Below, in pieces: positions 40,301-55,300 of a stretch of 64,000 nt of DNA. The DNA is taken from positions 24,410,414-24,474,413 of the forward strand of contig NC_057720.1 of the NCBI RefSeq assembly GCF_004010195.1, in the 5' to 3' direction. Each line of letters begins with the position of its first letter. The stretch's first letter is position 1. The translations under genes and the position numbers were made by a program. The DNA is from Chiloscyllium plagiosum. Taxonomy: Eukaryota. The notes below the pieces were generated by a model. The model searched no databases. It saw only the letters and a list, made by a program, of their open reading frames with translations, and was not told the DNA's origin.

Positions 40301-43300
40301 TTAAACCAAAATTTATTGTGCATCCCAAGTTGCTCAGAAGACAATTAAGAGTCACCCAGATTGCTGTGAGTCTGGGGTCACATATAGGCCAGTCCTTCCT
40401 TCAAGAATGTGAACCAGATGCTTTTTTTTAATCCGCTGCAAGTAACAATCATTGCCATCAGACCTTTAATTCTAGATTTTCTTTTCATTGAACACAAATT
40501 CCACAGATCCTTACCTGGGTTATCAGATTAATAGTCCAACGACTATACCAGTAGGCTATTGCCTACTTTAATTCATGATTATCAATAAAGTGATGGAAGG
40601 TGTCATCAACATTGCTATCAAGCAGCAACCTGCTTACTGGTGCCTAGTTAGTTTCCATCTGGGCCACTGAGCTCCTGATGTCATTACAGCTGCATGAACA
40701 TGGACAAAAGAGCAGAATTCCACAGGTGATGTGAGCATGATGACCCTGGATATTAAGTTAAAAATCACACAACATCAGGTTATAGTCCAACAGTTTAATT
40801 GGAAGCACACTAGCTTTCGGAGCGCAGCTCTTTCATCAGGTGGTTGTGGAGGGCACAATTGTAAGACACAGAATTTATTGCAAAAGTTTGCAGTGTGATG
40901 TAACTGAAATGATATATTGAAAAATACCTTGATTGTTGAGTCTTTCATCTGTTCGAATATCATGATAGTTTCGAACAGATGAAAGACTCAACAAACAATC
41001 AAGGTACTTTTTCAATGTATAATTTAAGTTACACTGTAAACTTTTGCAATAAATTCTGTGTCTTTCAATTGTGTTCTCCACAATCACCTGATGAAGGAGC
41101 GGCGCTCCGAAAGTTAGTGCTTCCAATTAAACCTGTTGGACTATAACCTGGTGTTGTATGATTTTTAACTTTGTACAGCCCAGTCCAACACCAGCATCTC
41201 CAAACCCTGGACATTAAGGTATGACTAAGTATGGCATAAAGAAGCCATAGCAGAACTGCAGTCAGTGGGAAGTGGAAGAAACATGCCTTGCACTGAGAAA
41301 GATGGTTGAGGTTTGTGGAGATCATCATGTCAGCTCGAAGGATAAATGCTGGCACAGCCACTGAATGTCACATCTCATTAATGATTTCAAAAAAGTTCAA
41401 AAATATGATGCCCCAATCCTTTCTTTTCCTGTCTTTGCTGAAAGATATCCATTTGTTGCATAATATATGTCCTGTATCATATCCCTAATAACATCAAAGT
41501 CCACCTACCATTCTTTTATGTGTTCTCTGAATATTTTCTTTACCCTTTGAACACAACTACATTCTCTTGTGTTGGTCCAATGCAGAGATGGAAAGCATAT
41601 GCTCCTAGGTGACAATAAATCATCAACCACAGTTGCAGATGATATGTATTGGAACCCATAAATTATGTAAATGTTAGACATTTCTCCCAGCAAGATGTGA
41701 GAAAGTGATTAGTGCACATTTGTCAAAATCCTTGCAACATTGCTTTTTTCTTGAAATGACCAGTTGTTTTCTCTTTCTGTACAGATGGTTGTTACCTTTG
41801 ATGACCTATACCTGTTGACAGTTTCAGAGGATGCATGCTTTATGATCTGGAAGATAATCGATAAAGAGGGCCGAGTGCTGAAACGTGACAAAGAAGTTGG
41901 CCATGCAGAAGAAATCCTGATCACAAAATCAGATTTGCAAGAAAAGGTAATGTATTATTGATCATAAACAATTAAATGGACTGTACATGCTTTGCAATAA
42001 AGAATTTTCCAAGAAGAATTTAATCTTTAGATCTCTTGCCCACATAAAATAAAAAAAACCAAATGCCTTTCAGCAAGTTTTTATAAGTTTACAGCAGTTA
42101 ATAAGTACCCCAGCTTTCAATTAGAAATGTACAGAATTATTCACTCTCATTTTATCCTGAGGCAAATTAGATTTGTTTCCAATATTTAAAGCAATATTAA
42201 AATATTTAATAAAAATTGAAAGAATTGCAGATGCTGAAAATCAGAAACAAAAACAGAAATTGCTGGAAAAGTTAAGCAAGTCTCGCAGCTTCTGAGGAGA
42301 GAAATCAGAGTTAACGTTTTGAGTCTGGTGATCCTTAGGACAGATATTGAAATGTTAGTATCTTTGCTGTTAGGTTAGTTTTTCCAAGCAATGTTAGATT
42401 TTTTTTGGATCTAGATTTAAAATCCACTTTCACTGCCACCTGAATGGCCAGAAACTGTCTGTTGAACTGGAGAGTGTTAGTTGGCTTCCATCTGAGAAGG
42501 AAGTTCTTCCTCTGAGAGTTGCTAGCCAATCAAATGGCAGCAGTTCTCAGGTTTCAGCAATGCACCAGGAGTGATGGCCACTGCTGAGAACACATCCAGT
42601 ACCCAAAAGAGAGCTATGATGTAGCTGTATGAGGAGGTTCGTGGTGATTAGTGCATAGGAATTTGGCAGAGCAGGCTAGAAGGCTATAGGGAGTGGTGGG
42701 TTAGAGGATGGATGCTAGCGTGATCAAGTCAGGGTAGAATGAGAAACCCAGCTGGAGGAGAAAACCATTTGTGATTGCCTCCAATGTGTTCAAAGCTTGT
42801 AAAGGAAGTAACCCCCCTACTCCACTGCTGTAACCCACCAACTGCCACAGCATTGAGAGCTGCAAGCATGTTGGTTGGAACTGGTATCTACCCAAAGCAC
42901 AACAAATTGCAACCAGGAAAATAATTGGCCCATGGCTAGATGGGCCACCTGATATCTGCCCCCATCACTTGTAACGTGGCAGCAGGAGCAGGGACAGAGA
43001 GCTGGTTGTCACAATTTCACCAATGTCATTATTCCCAATTTTACAACTCCCATTTTCTTTGAAACCCACATTGGGAAAATGTAACATTCTATGCAAATGT
43101 TTGTCACACCAAGACAAATCAAAAGCAGTACATCAAATGAGTGGGAACTTTGGTCACACCATGAGTAACACTCTCGTGCTCTTGTTACCACTTTCCTATC
43201 CTTTACAGTCAACAAAATTCCTCTCTTCCAGCATTCTTGTGCATAACAGAATTGTGAGTGGTACCTATCTTGTAGACTACAATGATTCAAGGATGCTGCA

Positions 43301-46300
43301 CACCACCATCTCAAGTTAGGGATCAGCAGTAAATGCTAGCCTAGCCAGAGATCTCCATTTGCCTGAAACAATGGAAAAAAAGTAGGGTTAGCATGTCTAG
43401 TCCTTTGAGCCTATTTGCTGTCCTGTGAGATCGAGGATGATAAAATCTTTGACTGCAATTTTCTGCCTTGTATGGTGAGGTGGGGTAAAACATTCATTCC
43501 TGGGAGGGTGACAGATGGACATCTCACCACATTCCCACCTGCACTGAGTAAGGCTGCAGCTAGAAGGCACATGGTCAGTGTTTACCTCTCATTACCAATT
43601 GATAGCCTCGGTTAGGTAATTAATAACCCACTTAAGGGGCACATGCCACTGTTTCTGGTGTTAACCCAGCTGTGGGTGACCTGTGTGCACTGCTTGTTGT
43701 CTCCCAGGGAAGGAAAGGGGGTTCATCCCTCCTTTGGATGTTTTCAGTTCCTGATCTAGGAGCCCGCACAGGAAGTGAGAGATCAGGGAGATCTGCTGCT
43801 GAGATGACCACTCTGTTGTTGCTTCTGAGTCCCCCAAAGCCAACTAATGAACCTTTCCCAGCATTTTACCTGTGCCTTGGGCCATTCCACAATCCAGGAC
43901 TCTGCTGGCTGTCGCTCTGACAGTAGCCACTTCCTTCCTATTGACATTGCTGACCAAAGGAGCTGTCGGTCTGTGATTGACCAATTGCTCTGCTCCCATG
44001 GAGAAGTCAGCCTGTGAAAACTCATCTGCCTGATTGGCCTGAGTTCAGTAGGCTTTCCCCAAAGGATGCATCATGGGTCTCTCATAGACTCTGGAGCTGG
44101 CAGGTGAAACCATTTGCATTTCTGCAAGATTCTGCTCTTAGAATGCCAGCCTAACTGGGTTTACTTGCCTTCATCCCTACCCTTTGATATGCAAAAATCT
44201 ATCAATTTCAGATTTAAAATTAACAAATGAACCAGCATGCCCTATGTTCTTCAGATGTGAGTTCTAGATATCAACTGCATTTTGGATGTACAATTATTCC
44301 CTTTTTTCAGATTCTTTCCCTGAGTTCCGGACTGCCCAATCAATGGAAATGGTGTCTGTCAAACCTGCCTGTATCTCTTAATATTTTGAAAACAAGGATC
44401 AAATCAATGACTAATCTTTTAAATTCCAGGGAGTACAACCCTAGATTTGTAATCCCATCTCCCATTTTAGTCCTTGGATTCCACATATCATTTTTGTATG
44501 CTCCACCCTCTCCAAAGCCAGTGTAGTCTTGCTAAAGTCTGGGGCCCATACCTGTACATAGTACTCCTGTTGTGATCAAACTAGCACCTTGCAGAGCTGA
44601 AGCATAGACTTAGTCTTTTTGCTCATCATTTCTGTCGTTGCTTACCCAGATCGACTCCAGGTCTCCCAAAAGCTTAGTTTTAAAATTCTGACCCTCATGT
44701 TTAAAACCGTCCACTTTATACCTTGCCAACTCCAAACCCTAACCCTCTGTAGCACTCAGATTATTGCTCAAATTCAAAGTTGCTATATAAGTTCATGTGT
44801 TGTTGGAAAATCATTTATAACACTCATAATTCAGTTGCTGACTGAATTTGTTGTTATTGTTGTAATTTTACACTACAGGTTAAACTGATAGTTGAAAATT
44901 ATTTTGCCTCTTTCAACAGAATCAATTGTCATTGGAGTTAAAAACTCGTGTCGAGGAACTGAAGATGGAGAATGAATATCAGCTCAGACTGAAGGACATG
45001 AATTACAGTGACAAAATCAAAGAATTGACTGAGAAATTTATTCAGGAAATGGAATCTCTGAAAACAAAAAACCAGGTAAGTAACAAAAGCAGTTTTTAAT
45101 ATTATTGTCCTCGGAATGTGGGGTTAGCATAAACATCTATGGCACTCGTATAACAATTTATCTTCTAGCTTGTATCTTGTCAACTTTTGGAGGAATACAC
45201 AGGCACTTGTTAGGATGGACATAAATATGACCATGCAAAAGTTAATTCCAAAAAAACACATTGAAAAATTATGTACCACCAGAGATTACTTAAATAATTA
45301 ATTTAACCTTTAACTTTGGTGGGGAGTTTGGGATATATCTTATAAAGAGAGTACAGCATGAACAATAATAAAGAGTCATCTTTGATAGGACAATATTGAT
45401 TCAAAATTAAGTTCACTCAGTGGGGTGTCATTCTTTTCCAGTACATCAGACTATTCAAACACATTAACAGAAAGCATTTGATCCACCACCTTGTATTAAT
45501 ATTTACTTTTATTAAGTAAACTTTGAGGTGTGGTGCTTATGCATTCCAACTCTCAAAATAATCAGACATTGTGGTGTGCTGTAGGTTTTGAAGACTGACA
45601 AAGACAAGATTGAGATAATGCATAAGGAAGATACAGCACTGATCCTGGATAGACATACAAAAGACATTGAAGACTTAGGTAAAAACGCATGCTGCATTTA
45701 CTCTTGTCTTGTGTCTTCTAATCCTACAGATTGTAACTAAATGTTGATTCCCTGAGTTGATAAAATTAATTAATTGACCTATTGCTTAGAAACACTACAA
45801 TTCAAAACAGTGATGCAACTTGACAATGTAGTTGCAGTATTCCTCTTGTTCTTCAGGCATAAAGACTACAGTTTTACCAATCACAATATCAATAGGGCAT
45901 TCAGAGGCTGGCACGATCCTTGTTCACAGGCCTCATCTTACTTTTCATAAGCCAGCCTGCAAAAATGTGCTACTTGGTAGTCAGTTGTCTGACTTACTTT
46001 GATCCATTATTGCTACTAGAGGCTGTTCAAGCCCGCAGAAGAGTCGCCAGTTTGTGGAAACTCTGTGTTAACAGGTATCATTTGACACTTGGTTGTCAGA
46101 ATGTGTGTGCTGAGAAGCACAAAGAATATATTTATAAAATACTGAAAGTATGCACTAGACCCTCTGGCATCTGTGAAGAGAAAGAATGGATTAATATACT
46201 TGTCAGGCCGTTTAGCGCCTGTTATGACATTTAACACTAATCTGGAACTTGACTCCATTTACCCAGCTTTGCTTCTTATTCTTTAATACCTTTGGATAAA

Positions 46301-49300
46301 AAGAACCCAAGAAGTTCAAATTTGGAAAACCAATTGATTTGCAGGAGGGACCTTCTGTCATCCTTTGTCTGTGGAAGATTTCTTAATTTTACTTCTGAAA
46401 GGCCTACCTCTAATTTCTAGATTACACCCCCTAGTTCTCGACATCCCAACCAGTGGAACTCCTAAAGCATTCTTGTATCTTGTATCAGCTGATCAGCAGA
46501 TGGTGATGATCACCCTTATTTATTTTCAATGTCTAATTTAGATTCTTGTACACAGTTAAATCATAGTATATTACTAAGAGTGTTGGAATTAACTTCACCG
46601 CATACTCCACAAAATATATATTTTACATCTAAATTTACTCTAATTGCAGAAAGCATAAACAACCAGAAACTAATGTTAGAATATGAAAAATACCAGGAGT
46701 TGCAGCTTAAATCCCAGCGAATGCAGGAAGATTATGAAAGACAGCTCAATGAAATGGATGAGAGCAAGAGCCAAGCATTGGAGGAACTGACTGAATATTA
46801 TGAGACCAAACTCCAGGAGAAGGGTAAATTTATTGAACAGGTGAGACAGAAGAAGCCCATAGATCAGGAATTAATAGGCCTCTGTATAGTTATTTTTCCT
46901 TTCTGAAAAAGTGACTAATGACGAGTAAAAATATGTTAGTCATTTGGTAGCACAGACCTAAGAATAATACTTAAGAAGGATACATTTCATCAATGTTTTT
47001 TGTTTTGTACTCACCCGGTCAATTCACATGAAATACCAAAGTAAAGGGAAAAAATAACATTTGCATTGTATGAGGAGAGGCTAATGATTGAGTGGTGAGT
47101 ATCCATTCAGTGTTTAAGGCAGTGCTATGGAGAATGCACCAGTTATTGATGACTGACAATTAACTGCAAATGTTGTTTAAATTTCAAACTGGCAGATTGA
47201 CCCTGATTGAATAAGGCATTACCCTGTGAAATGAACCAGATCAAGGTTGTGGCCTAATTTATTGAGTTGAAACAGGAAGAGTGTGTACATATTTGGTCTG
47301 TATGTAAAGAAAAGGGCCCTACGTGTTCAAATCTTTGGCATCCAGTAAAACAAAACTGCATTATACTATAAACCTGGCTAACATCCTAAATTGGTTGGCA
47401 GCATAAATCTTCACACATATTCTGGTTTATTTGGTAAATATTGTCCAAATTGGGACAAGCATTGGGTTGGTCAGTAATTTGACTGTTGTGAATGGTGAAG
47501 TGTTGTTTAATGTGATTGTTTAGGAATTGGAGCGTATGGCATACATATCGAACATCACACCAACACTGAAATGCATATACCTCATTATTCATTTGTGTGA
47601 CAGACAGAATGTCTTCTCAGCATGACAGCAGCATCTTGTTAGTAGCAAACATCAGTCATGCTACTGCTGCATAGTGGGAAATAAACTGGTTCATTCATGT
47701 TTTTAATATCATTTATTTGAAGTTTTGGTGTTAATTTTTAAGTTAGTAGCATATGAGTTTCCTGTGTCTGAAATTAAGAAATATGTCATTTTAGTAGCTA
47801 TGATGATTTCTTTTAAAACCGTTTGTGAGGAGTACATTAGAAACTTAATGGATTTTTGTTTACTTTAGGATCTTATAACTTAGCAAGGTAGACAATTGTA
47901 CTTCAAGGTTTTGCTAGGAATTTCTGGACTGAAAAGTTTTTTTTTAAGCTTACCTATAACAAAGACGAAAACCTTTTGTTTCGCTTTTACTTGGTTTTGC
48001 ACAGTTTTGAGAAGTCCTTTCATGGCTTATACATGTATTGACTGGGAAAGGGAAAAAAATATATTAAACTAGATTACTTCAGAATAAGGAGTTTGTGATA
48101 GTCCCAGAACAGAAATGTTGGGATAATACCCTGAAGAAGACTTGAAAAAAATTTCTGTTTAAACTCACATGTTTGATAGCTCCTTTTCAGAGGCTCCAGC
48201 CAGAAGTTGAAGTCACAGTTACCTTAAACCCATTGAGGTGTCAGAGATACTGATGCTGCTATAAATATTGTTCAAGGGTTACTGTTGGATAGAGTATATA
48301 GGATGTTGATTTTTTTTAAATTTGTAAAGTCATATGGACCATGCCAAACCCCCTCAAAATCTATTAAGAAGATAATCTAAATACTAACTTTTTTTTATTT
48401 TAAAGGTAAGGCAATTCCAGATACAATTTGATTAGTTAAACTACTGGGCATTAAGCAAAATATGCTTTATTTTTACACTACAGTTAAAAAAGAGACAAAA
48501 TAAAATAAAATAATTGGCTTAACTGTAACTGTCAAAATGCTTATCAAAATAATCTATGATATATATTATATGTATATATAAACCACTACCAATTAACTGT
48601 TCCAATATAATAGCATCCATTAACACACCCTTGGCAAAAGCAAATTCAATAAAATACATTGCCTCAGATACAATTCTGGCAACAAGGAAGAGAGCCCCAG
48701 CTTTGAACTGTAACAGAGAGAGGAATAAGAGCTTCCGCATCCAGCTTCAAGACCCCAGCAACTGCTGAAAGCCAAAGCTAAAAATCCTCATTTGTGGGAG
48801 ATTGATCCCACCCATTCACGCTGTTCCTATTCCAATTTTAAAAAAAACCAAGGTCTCACAAGCTGTTTACTTGATTGGCTTTTGAACTGACAGCTCAGTA
48901 TCGCTGTCTCAACCCTCCTTCATTAAAACAACATGAGGACAAAACACATCTCTTAAAGCCATAGAGTTGTCACAAAAGATGAGTTTATAGATTAATGGGA
49001 TTATACTTTTCCTTTCTGTTTAAAACTCTTCCAATTTGGTTTATAAGTAAATTATATAGTTTATTCTATTTTATCTTAATTTTATTTGTTTAATAAACTC
49101 TAGTTTTATTGTCAAAACAGTATTTGAAACATGTGCGTTTCTGTCGTAGTGAGAGACCACCTTGTTAAAAACAAAATATGATCTATCAAGCCAGATTGCA
49201 ATCTGACGTGTCAAGTAATAACATTAGGTAGGATCAAAACAAAAGTAAAATCACTAACTTCACATTTTGCTTCAACTTCTGAGTTTCCTTACCTTTTAGT

Positions 49301-52300
49301 TGATCTGAAATAGTCTGGGCACTTTACCTGACCAAAAATGATGGCCATCAGCCCATTCATAAGTGAGCACAATATACAACAGGAAAGGATCTGATCAAGT
49401 TGGCTATTGCAAGATGGGTTTGAGGTACCCTGTTTCTGCATCAAACCTGCACAGTGGACAAATGGCTTGGGCCCTGTGTGGGAGGTTTCTGGTAAAGTGA
49501 ACCTTACAGCTCATGGAATTGTAGGAATCCCAATGCATGTACAAACCAGTGAAGGTAAGGTGGATAAGAATAGAGAATTACTGTTTTTAAAACTGTGTTG
49601 TATTTTTGTATTATTCTGTTCGCTTGACAATCTCCTTTAAATCACCTCAGCTGCAGGAAGAGTCCAGGCAACAGATTAAAGAATCTGATGAAACAAAGAA
49701 ACAGATAGAAGAGGATGCTGACCGTGAAATACAGGACATTAAAATCAAATATGAACGAAATCTGAGAGACGAGAAAGAGGCAAATCTCCGGTTGAAAGGA
49801 GAGACAGGAATTATGAGAAAAAAGGTATAAGAAAGCAGAAAAGACAGGAGGGCTTATTTTCTTTTTGCATCATTTGTAAAATCTTACAAATAAAATACTT
49901 TCAGGGTTTAGGAGGCTAGGCAAAATTTCACCTCACCCTCGTGCAATTGGAAAATGGAAATCCAGGCCTGAGTTCCAGAATATGGGTGAACCCCAGACAC
50001 TGTAAATCTTTTTACCATAATCTGGCACAATGATAGAAATGTTCAGAATAAAGCAAAAAGCTTTGACATATTAATGTGATCATTCTTTTCCAGTCACAGC
50101 TTCCAAATTCACGTTTGTTTCTGTCTGTGAAAATGGCCTCAAAAGATAGAGTATCTTATTTACCTCCCTCATTTCTTCCTTTCTCAGTTTACCAGCTTGC
50201 AGAAAGAAATTGAAGACAAGCAGGGAGAAATTGAGAAGTTGAAGAGTGAACACCAAAAACTGCATGGAGTTATCAGGTCACTGGAGAAAGACATCCAAGG
50301 ACTCAAGAAAGAAATCTTAGAACGTGATGAAACTATTCAGGACAAGGTCAGGCAATGAGGAGATAGCTGGCTGATATGCCAGTGCTAATTACAGACACAC
50401 AGGGAAAATAGATTAAAACAATGGAATGTACAATTCTGTAGAAAAATACATGTAGACCAATTAACCTGCTAATGTTGGAAAAGGGAACTAGATATTAAAT
50501 TGTGTAATTTTGCAATTTATAAGTGACTTATTTAAGTTTATAAAGCAATATGTGGTAAAATGAATGATAGGAATGAATTTTCTGACTTCTTTTCAGTATG
50601 TTTTAACGTGACTTGGTAGAAGTGGAGTGCACAAAAAAGAACAGGTGGCTAGCTCATCCCCAAGCTCCACCCTAAGTTGCAGGTGTAGGTAAGGCATCAG
50701 GCAGCCCGCATGCCTTTAGGTCCATAGAGGAACTAATCATATGTTCACAAGCTATAGGAGCAGCATTAGACCATTTGGCCCACTGAGTCTGCTCCGCCAT
50801 TCACTCATGGCTGATATTATGGATGTTAATGTTCTGCCTCCACTACAATAATATGTGCATCCGGGGAAGACTGCGAATTTGCGAAAGAGCTGGTGTTGAA
50901 AGTTGTGAAGGAAAGGGAAGGAAGGGTACCTACTGCCTGTATTTTGCACCCCAGCAATCTCTAAATTCCAGCCTCCACTGCATTCCCTCCTTATTTTGAA
51001 GGTCCCTAACCCTTCTTAAGTAATGTTCCCAGACATCTTTACGTGTGCGGGAAACCTTACAAATTGGCGAAAAAAACAGCAGACTGAGGATTGGGACCAC
51101 TTTAGATTTCAGAAAGGCGAGGAAAGAGATTGATTAAGGGTGGGTAAATAGAATACAAAAGTAAGCTTGTGGGGAACATACCAACTGATTGTGAAAGGTA
51201 TGTTAAAGGAAAAGATTAGTGAAAATAAATGTAGTCAGATGCGGGGGAAGTTATAAAGGGGAACAAAGAGTTTGCAGACACGTTAAATACATGTTTAAGT
51301 TCTGACTTCACAAAGGTGGATGCAAAAATATTGGGAAACACAGGGTCCAGTGAGAGAGAGTAATTGAAGGAAGTTGGTATTAGTAGAGAAGTGACGTTGG
51401 GGATTTAGATGGGATTAGAGGCCAATAAAACCTGAAGGCCTGATAATCTATATCCCAAAGCACTCAAGGAAGTGTCGCTAGAAATAGTGATCATCTTTCA
51501 AGATTTTGTAGAATCCGAATAATCAATTTCTATGGATTTAAGGTTAGATAATATAACCACATTATTTAAAAAAGATATTAGAAAGAAAACAGGGAATGAT
51601 AGACTAGTTATCCAGACATTGATAGTGAAGAAATGCTAGAGTTCATTATAAAACATTTAACAGCGGAGAACTTGGAAAACAGGGACAGGATCATTCAGAA
51701 TCAGCCTGGATTTATGAAAGGGAAATCAGAGATATTTGTATCATCAATAGTCACAGGTGAGGTGCCGGAAGACTGAGGGTTAGCTAACATGGTGCCACTA
51801 TTTAAGAAAGGTGGTAAGGAAATGCCAAGAGCTACAGACCAATGAGGTAAAAACAATGACTGCAGATGCTGGAAACCAGATTCTGGATTAGTGGTGCTGG
51901 AAGAAGTTTGGAACTGGGGTGAGGTGGGGGAAGGGGAAATGAGGAAACTGTTGAAGTCCACATTGATGCCCTGGGGTTGAAGTGTTCTGAGGCGGATGAT
52001 GAGGCGTTCTTCCTCCAGGCGTCTAGTGGTGAGGGAGCAGCGGTGAAGGAGGCCCAGGACCTCCAAGTCCTCGGCCCTCCACCTCCTCCAAGACTTCCGT
52101 TTCCCCGGCCCCCAACGTCTCATCTTCACCATGGATATCTAATCCCTCTACACCTCCATCCGCCATGATCAGGGCCTCCAAGCCCTCCGTTTCTTCCTCT
52201 CCCGACGTCCCCAACGGTACCCTTCCACCGACACTCTCATTCGTTTGGCCGAACTGGTCCTCACCCTTAAAAATTTCTCCTTCGAATCTTCCCACTTCCT

Positions 52301-55300
52301 CTAGACCAAAGGGGTAGCCATGGACACCCATATGGGCCCCAGCTATGCCTGTCTCTTTGTTGGCTATGTAGAACAGTCGATCTTCTGTAATTTCACCGGC
52401 ACTACTCCCCATCACTTCCTCGGCTACATTGATGACTGCATTGGCGCCACCTCGTGCTCTCGCGAGGAGGTTGAGCAATTCATCAACTTCACCAACACAT
52501 TCCACCCTGTCCTTAAATTTACCTGGACCATCTCTGACACCTCCCTTCCCTTTCTGGACCTCTCCATCTCTATTAATGACGACTGACTTTATACCGACAT
52601 TTTTTACAAACCCACCAACTCCCACAGCTACTTGGATGTCACCTCTTCCCAACCTACCTCCTGCAAAAATGCCATCCCGTATTCCCAATTCCTCCGCGTC
52701 CGCCGTATCTGCTCCCAGGATGATCAGTTCCACCACAGAACACACCAGATGACCTCCTTTAGAGACCGCAATTTCCCTTCCCACGTGGTTAAAGATGCCC
52801 TCACATCCCGCACCTCCGCCCTCAGACCCCCACCCATCCAACTATAACAAGGACAGAACGCCCCTGGTGCTCACCTTCCACCCTACCAACCTTCGCATAA
52901 GCCAAATCATCCGCCGATATTTCCACCACCTCCAAACAGACCCCACCACCAGGGATATATTTCCCTCCCCACCCCTTTCCACCTTCCGCAAAGACCGTTC
53001 CCTCCATGACTACCTGGTCAGTTCCACGACCCCCCTTCAACCCACCCTCCCATCCTGGCACCTTCCCCTGCCACCATAGGAATTGCAAAACCTGCGCCCA
53101 CACCTCCTCCCTCACCTCCATCCAAGGCCCTAAAGGNNNNNNNNNNNNNNNNNNNNNNNNNNNNNNNNNNNNNNNNNNNNNNNNNNNNNNNNNNNNNNNN
53201 NNNNNNNNNNNNNNNNNNNNNNNNNNNNNNNNNNNNNNNNNNNNNNNNNNNNNNNNNNNNNNNNNNNNNNNNNNNNNNNNNNNNNNNNNNNNNNNNNNNN
53301 NNNNNNNNNNNNNNNNNNNNNNNNNNNNNNNNNNNNNNNNNNNNNNNNNNNNNNNNNNNNNNNNNNNNNNNNNNNNNNNNNNNNNNNNNNNNNNNGAAGA
53401 ACGCCTCATCTTCCGACTCAGAACACTTCAACCCCAGAGCATCAATGTGGACTTCAACAGCTTCCTCATTTCCCCTTCCCCCACCTCATCCTAGTTTCAA
53501 ACTTCCAGCTCAGCACTGTCCCCATAACTTGTCCTACCTGCCTATCTTCTTTTCCACCTATCCACTCCACCCTCTCTCCCAACATATCACCTTCATCCCC
53601 TCCCCCACTCACCTATTGTACTCTATGCTACTTTCTCCCCACTCCCACCCTTCTCTCATTTATCTCTCCACCCTTCAGGCTCTCTGCCTGTATTCTTGAT
53701 GAAGGGCTTTTGCCCGAAACGTCGATTTTACTGCTCCTCGGATGCTGCCTGAACTGCTATAGACCAATGAGGCTAACATCGGTGGTGGGCATGTTGTTGG
53801 AGGGAATCCTGGGGACAGGATGTATTTGGAAAGGCAAGGACTGATTAGCAATAGTCAATATGGCTTTGTCAGTGGGAAATCATGTCTCACAAACTTGATT
53901 GATTTTTTTGAAGAAGTAACAAAGAGGATTGATGAGGGCAGAGTGGTGGTCGTGATCTTTATGGACTTCAGTAAGGCGTTCAACAAGGTTCCCCATGGGA
54001 GACTGGTTAGCAAGATTAGATCTCATGAAATACAGGGAGGACTAGCTATTTGGATACAGAACTGGCTCAAAGGTAGAAGACAGAGGGTGATGGTGTTTTT
54101 CAGATTGGAGGCCTGTGACCAATGGAGTGTCACAAGGATCGGTCCTGGGTCCACTACATTTCTTCATTTATATAAATTATTTGGATGTGAGCATAAGAGG
54201 TATAGTTAGTAAGTTTGCTGATGACACCAACATTGGAGGTGTAATGGACAACGAGGAAGATTACCTCTGATTACAATGGGATCTTGATTAAATGAGCCAA
54301 TGGGCTGAGGAGTGGCAGATGGAGTTTAATTTAGATAAATGTGAGGTGCTGTAATTTTGGAAAAGCAAATCTTAGTTTGTTGCTGCACAAAGAGACCTTG
54401 GAGTGCAGATTCATAGCTCCTTGAAAGTCAAAGCGCAGGTAGATAGGATAGTGAAGAAGACGTTTGGTATGCTTTCCTTTATTGGTCAAGAGTATTGAGT
54501 ACAGGAGTTGGGAGGTCATGTTGCGGCTGTACAGGACATTGGTTAGGCCACTTTTGGAATATTGCGTGCAATTCTGGTCTCCTTCCTATCAGAAAGATAT
54601 TGTGAAACTTGAAAGGGTTCAGAAAAGATTTACAAGGATGTTGCCAGGGTTGGAGGATTTGAGCTATGGGGTGAGGATGAACCGGCTGGGGCTGTTTTTT
54701 TCTGGAGCATTGGAGGCTGAGGGGTGACCTTATAGAGGTTTACAAAATTATGAGGGACATGGATAGACAAAGTCTTTTCCCTGGGGTCAGGGAGTCCAGA
54801 ACTGGAGGGCATGGGTTTAAGGTGAGAGGGGAAAGATATAGAAGAGACCTAAGGGGCAACATTTTCACGCAGGGGGTGGTACCTGTATGGAATGAGCTGC
54901 CAGAAGATGTGGTGGAGGCTGGTACAATTGCAACGTTTAAGAGGCATTTTGATGGGTATATGAATAGGAAGGGTTTGGAGGAATATGGGCCGGGTGCTGG
55001 CAGGTGGGACGAGATTAGATTGGGATATCTGGTCAGCATGGATAGGTTGGACCAAAAGATCTGTTTCCGTCTGTACATCTATATGACTCTATTATTGACA
55101 AATTTGCTGGAATTTTTCAAGGATGTAACCAGTAGAGTTAATAAGGGTGATGTGATTTATTTGGACTTTCAGAAGACTTTCAATACGGCCCCACATAAGA
55201 GATTAGCATATAAAATTAACATACTTGGGATTGGGGTAGTGTACTGACATGTATACAGAACTAGTTGAGAGACAGGAAACAAAGAGTTAGGTCTTTTTCT

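Noticed and set aside
42380..44140. GC-richer patches (also about 8340-9240, 32660-33320, 62000-63000) as enhancers or genes
   Set aside because: They look like old dispersed repeats; I could not define their boundaries or family, and their short ORFs have no recognisable motifs
49651..49656. Alternative acceptor CTGCAG 6 nt downstream in exon 15
   Set aside because: Possible, but the upstream AG gives the expected exon length and nothing supports use of the second
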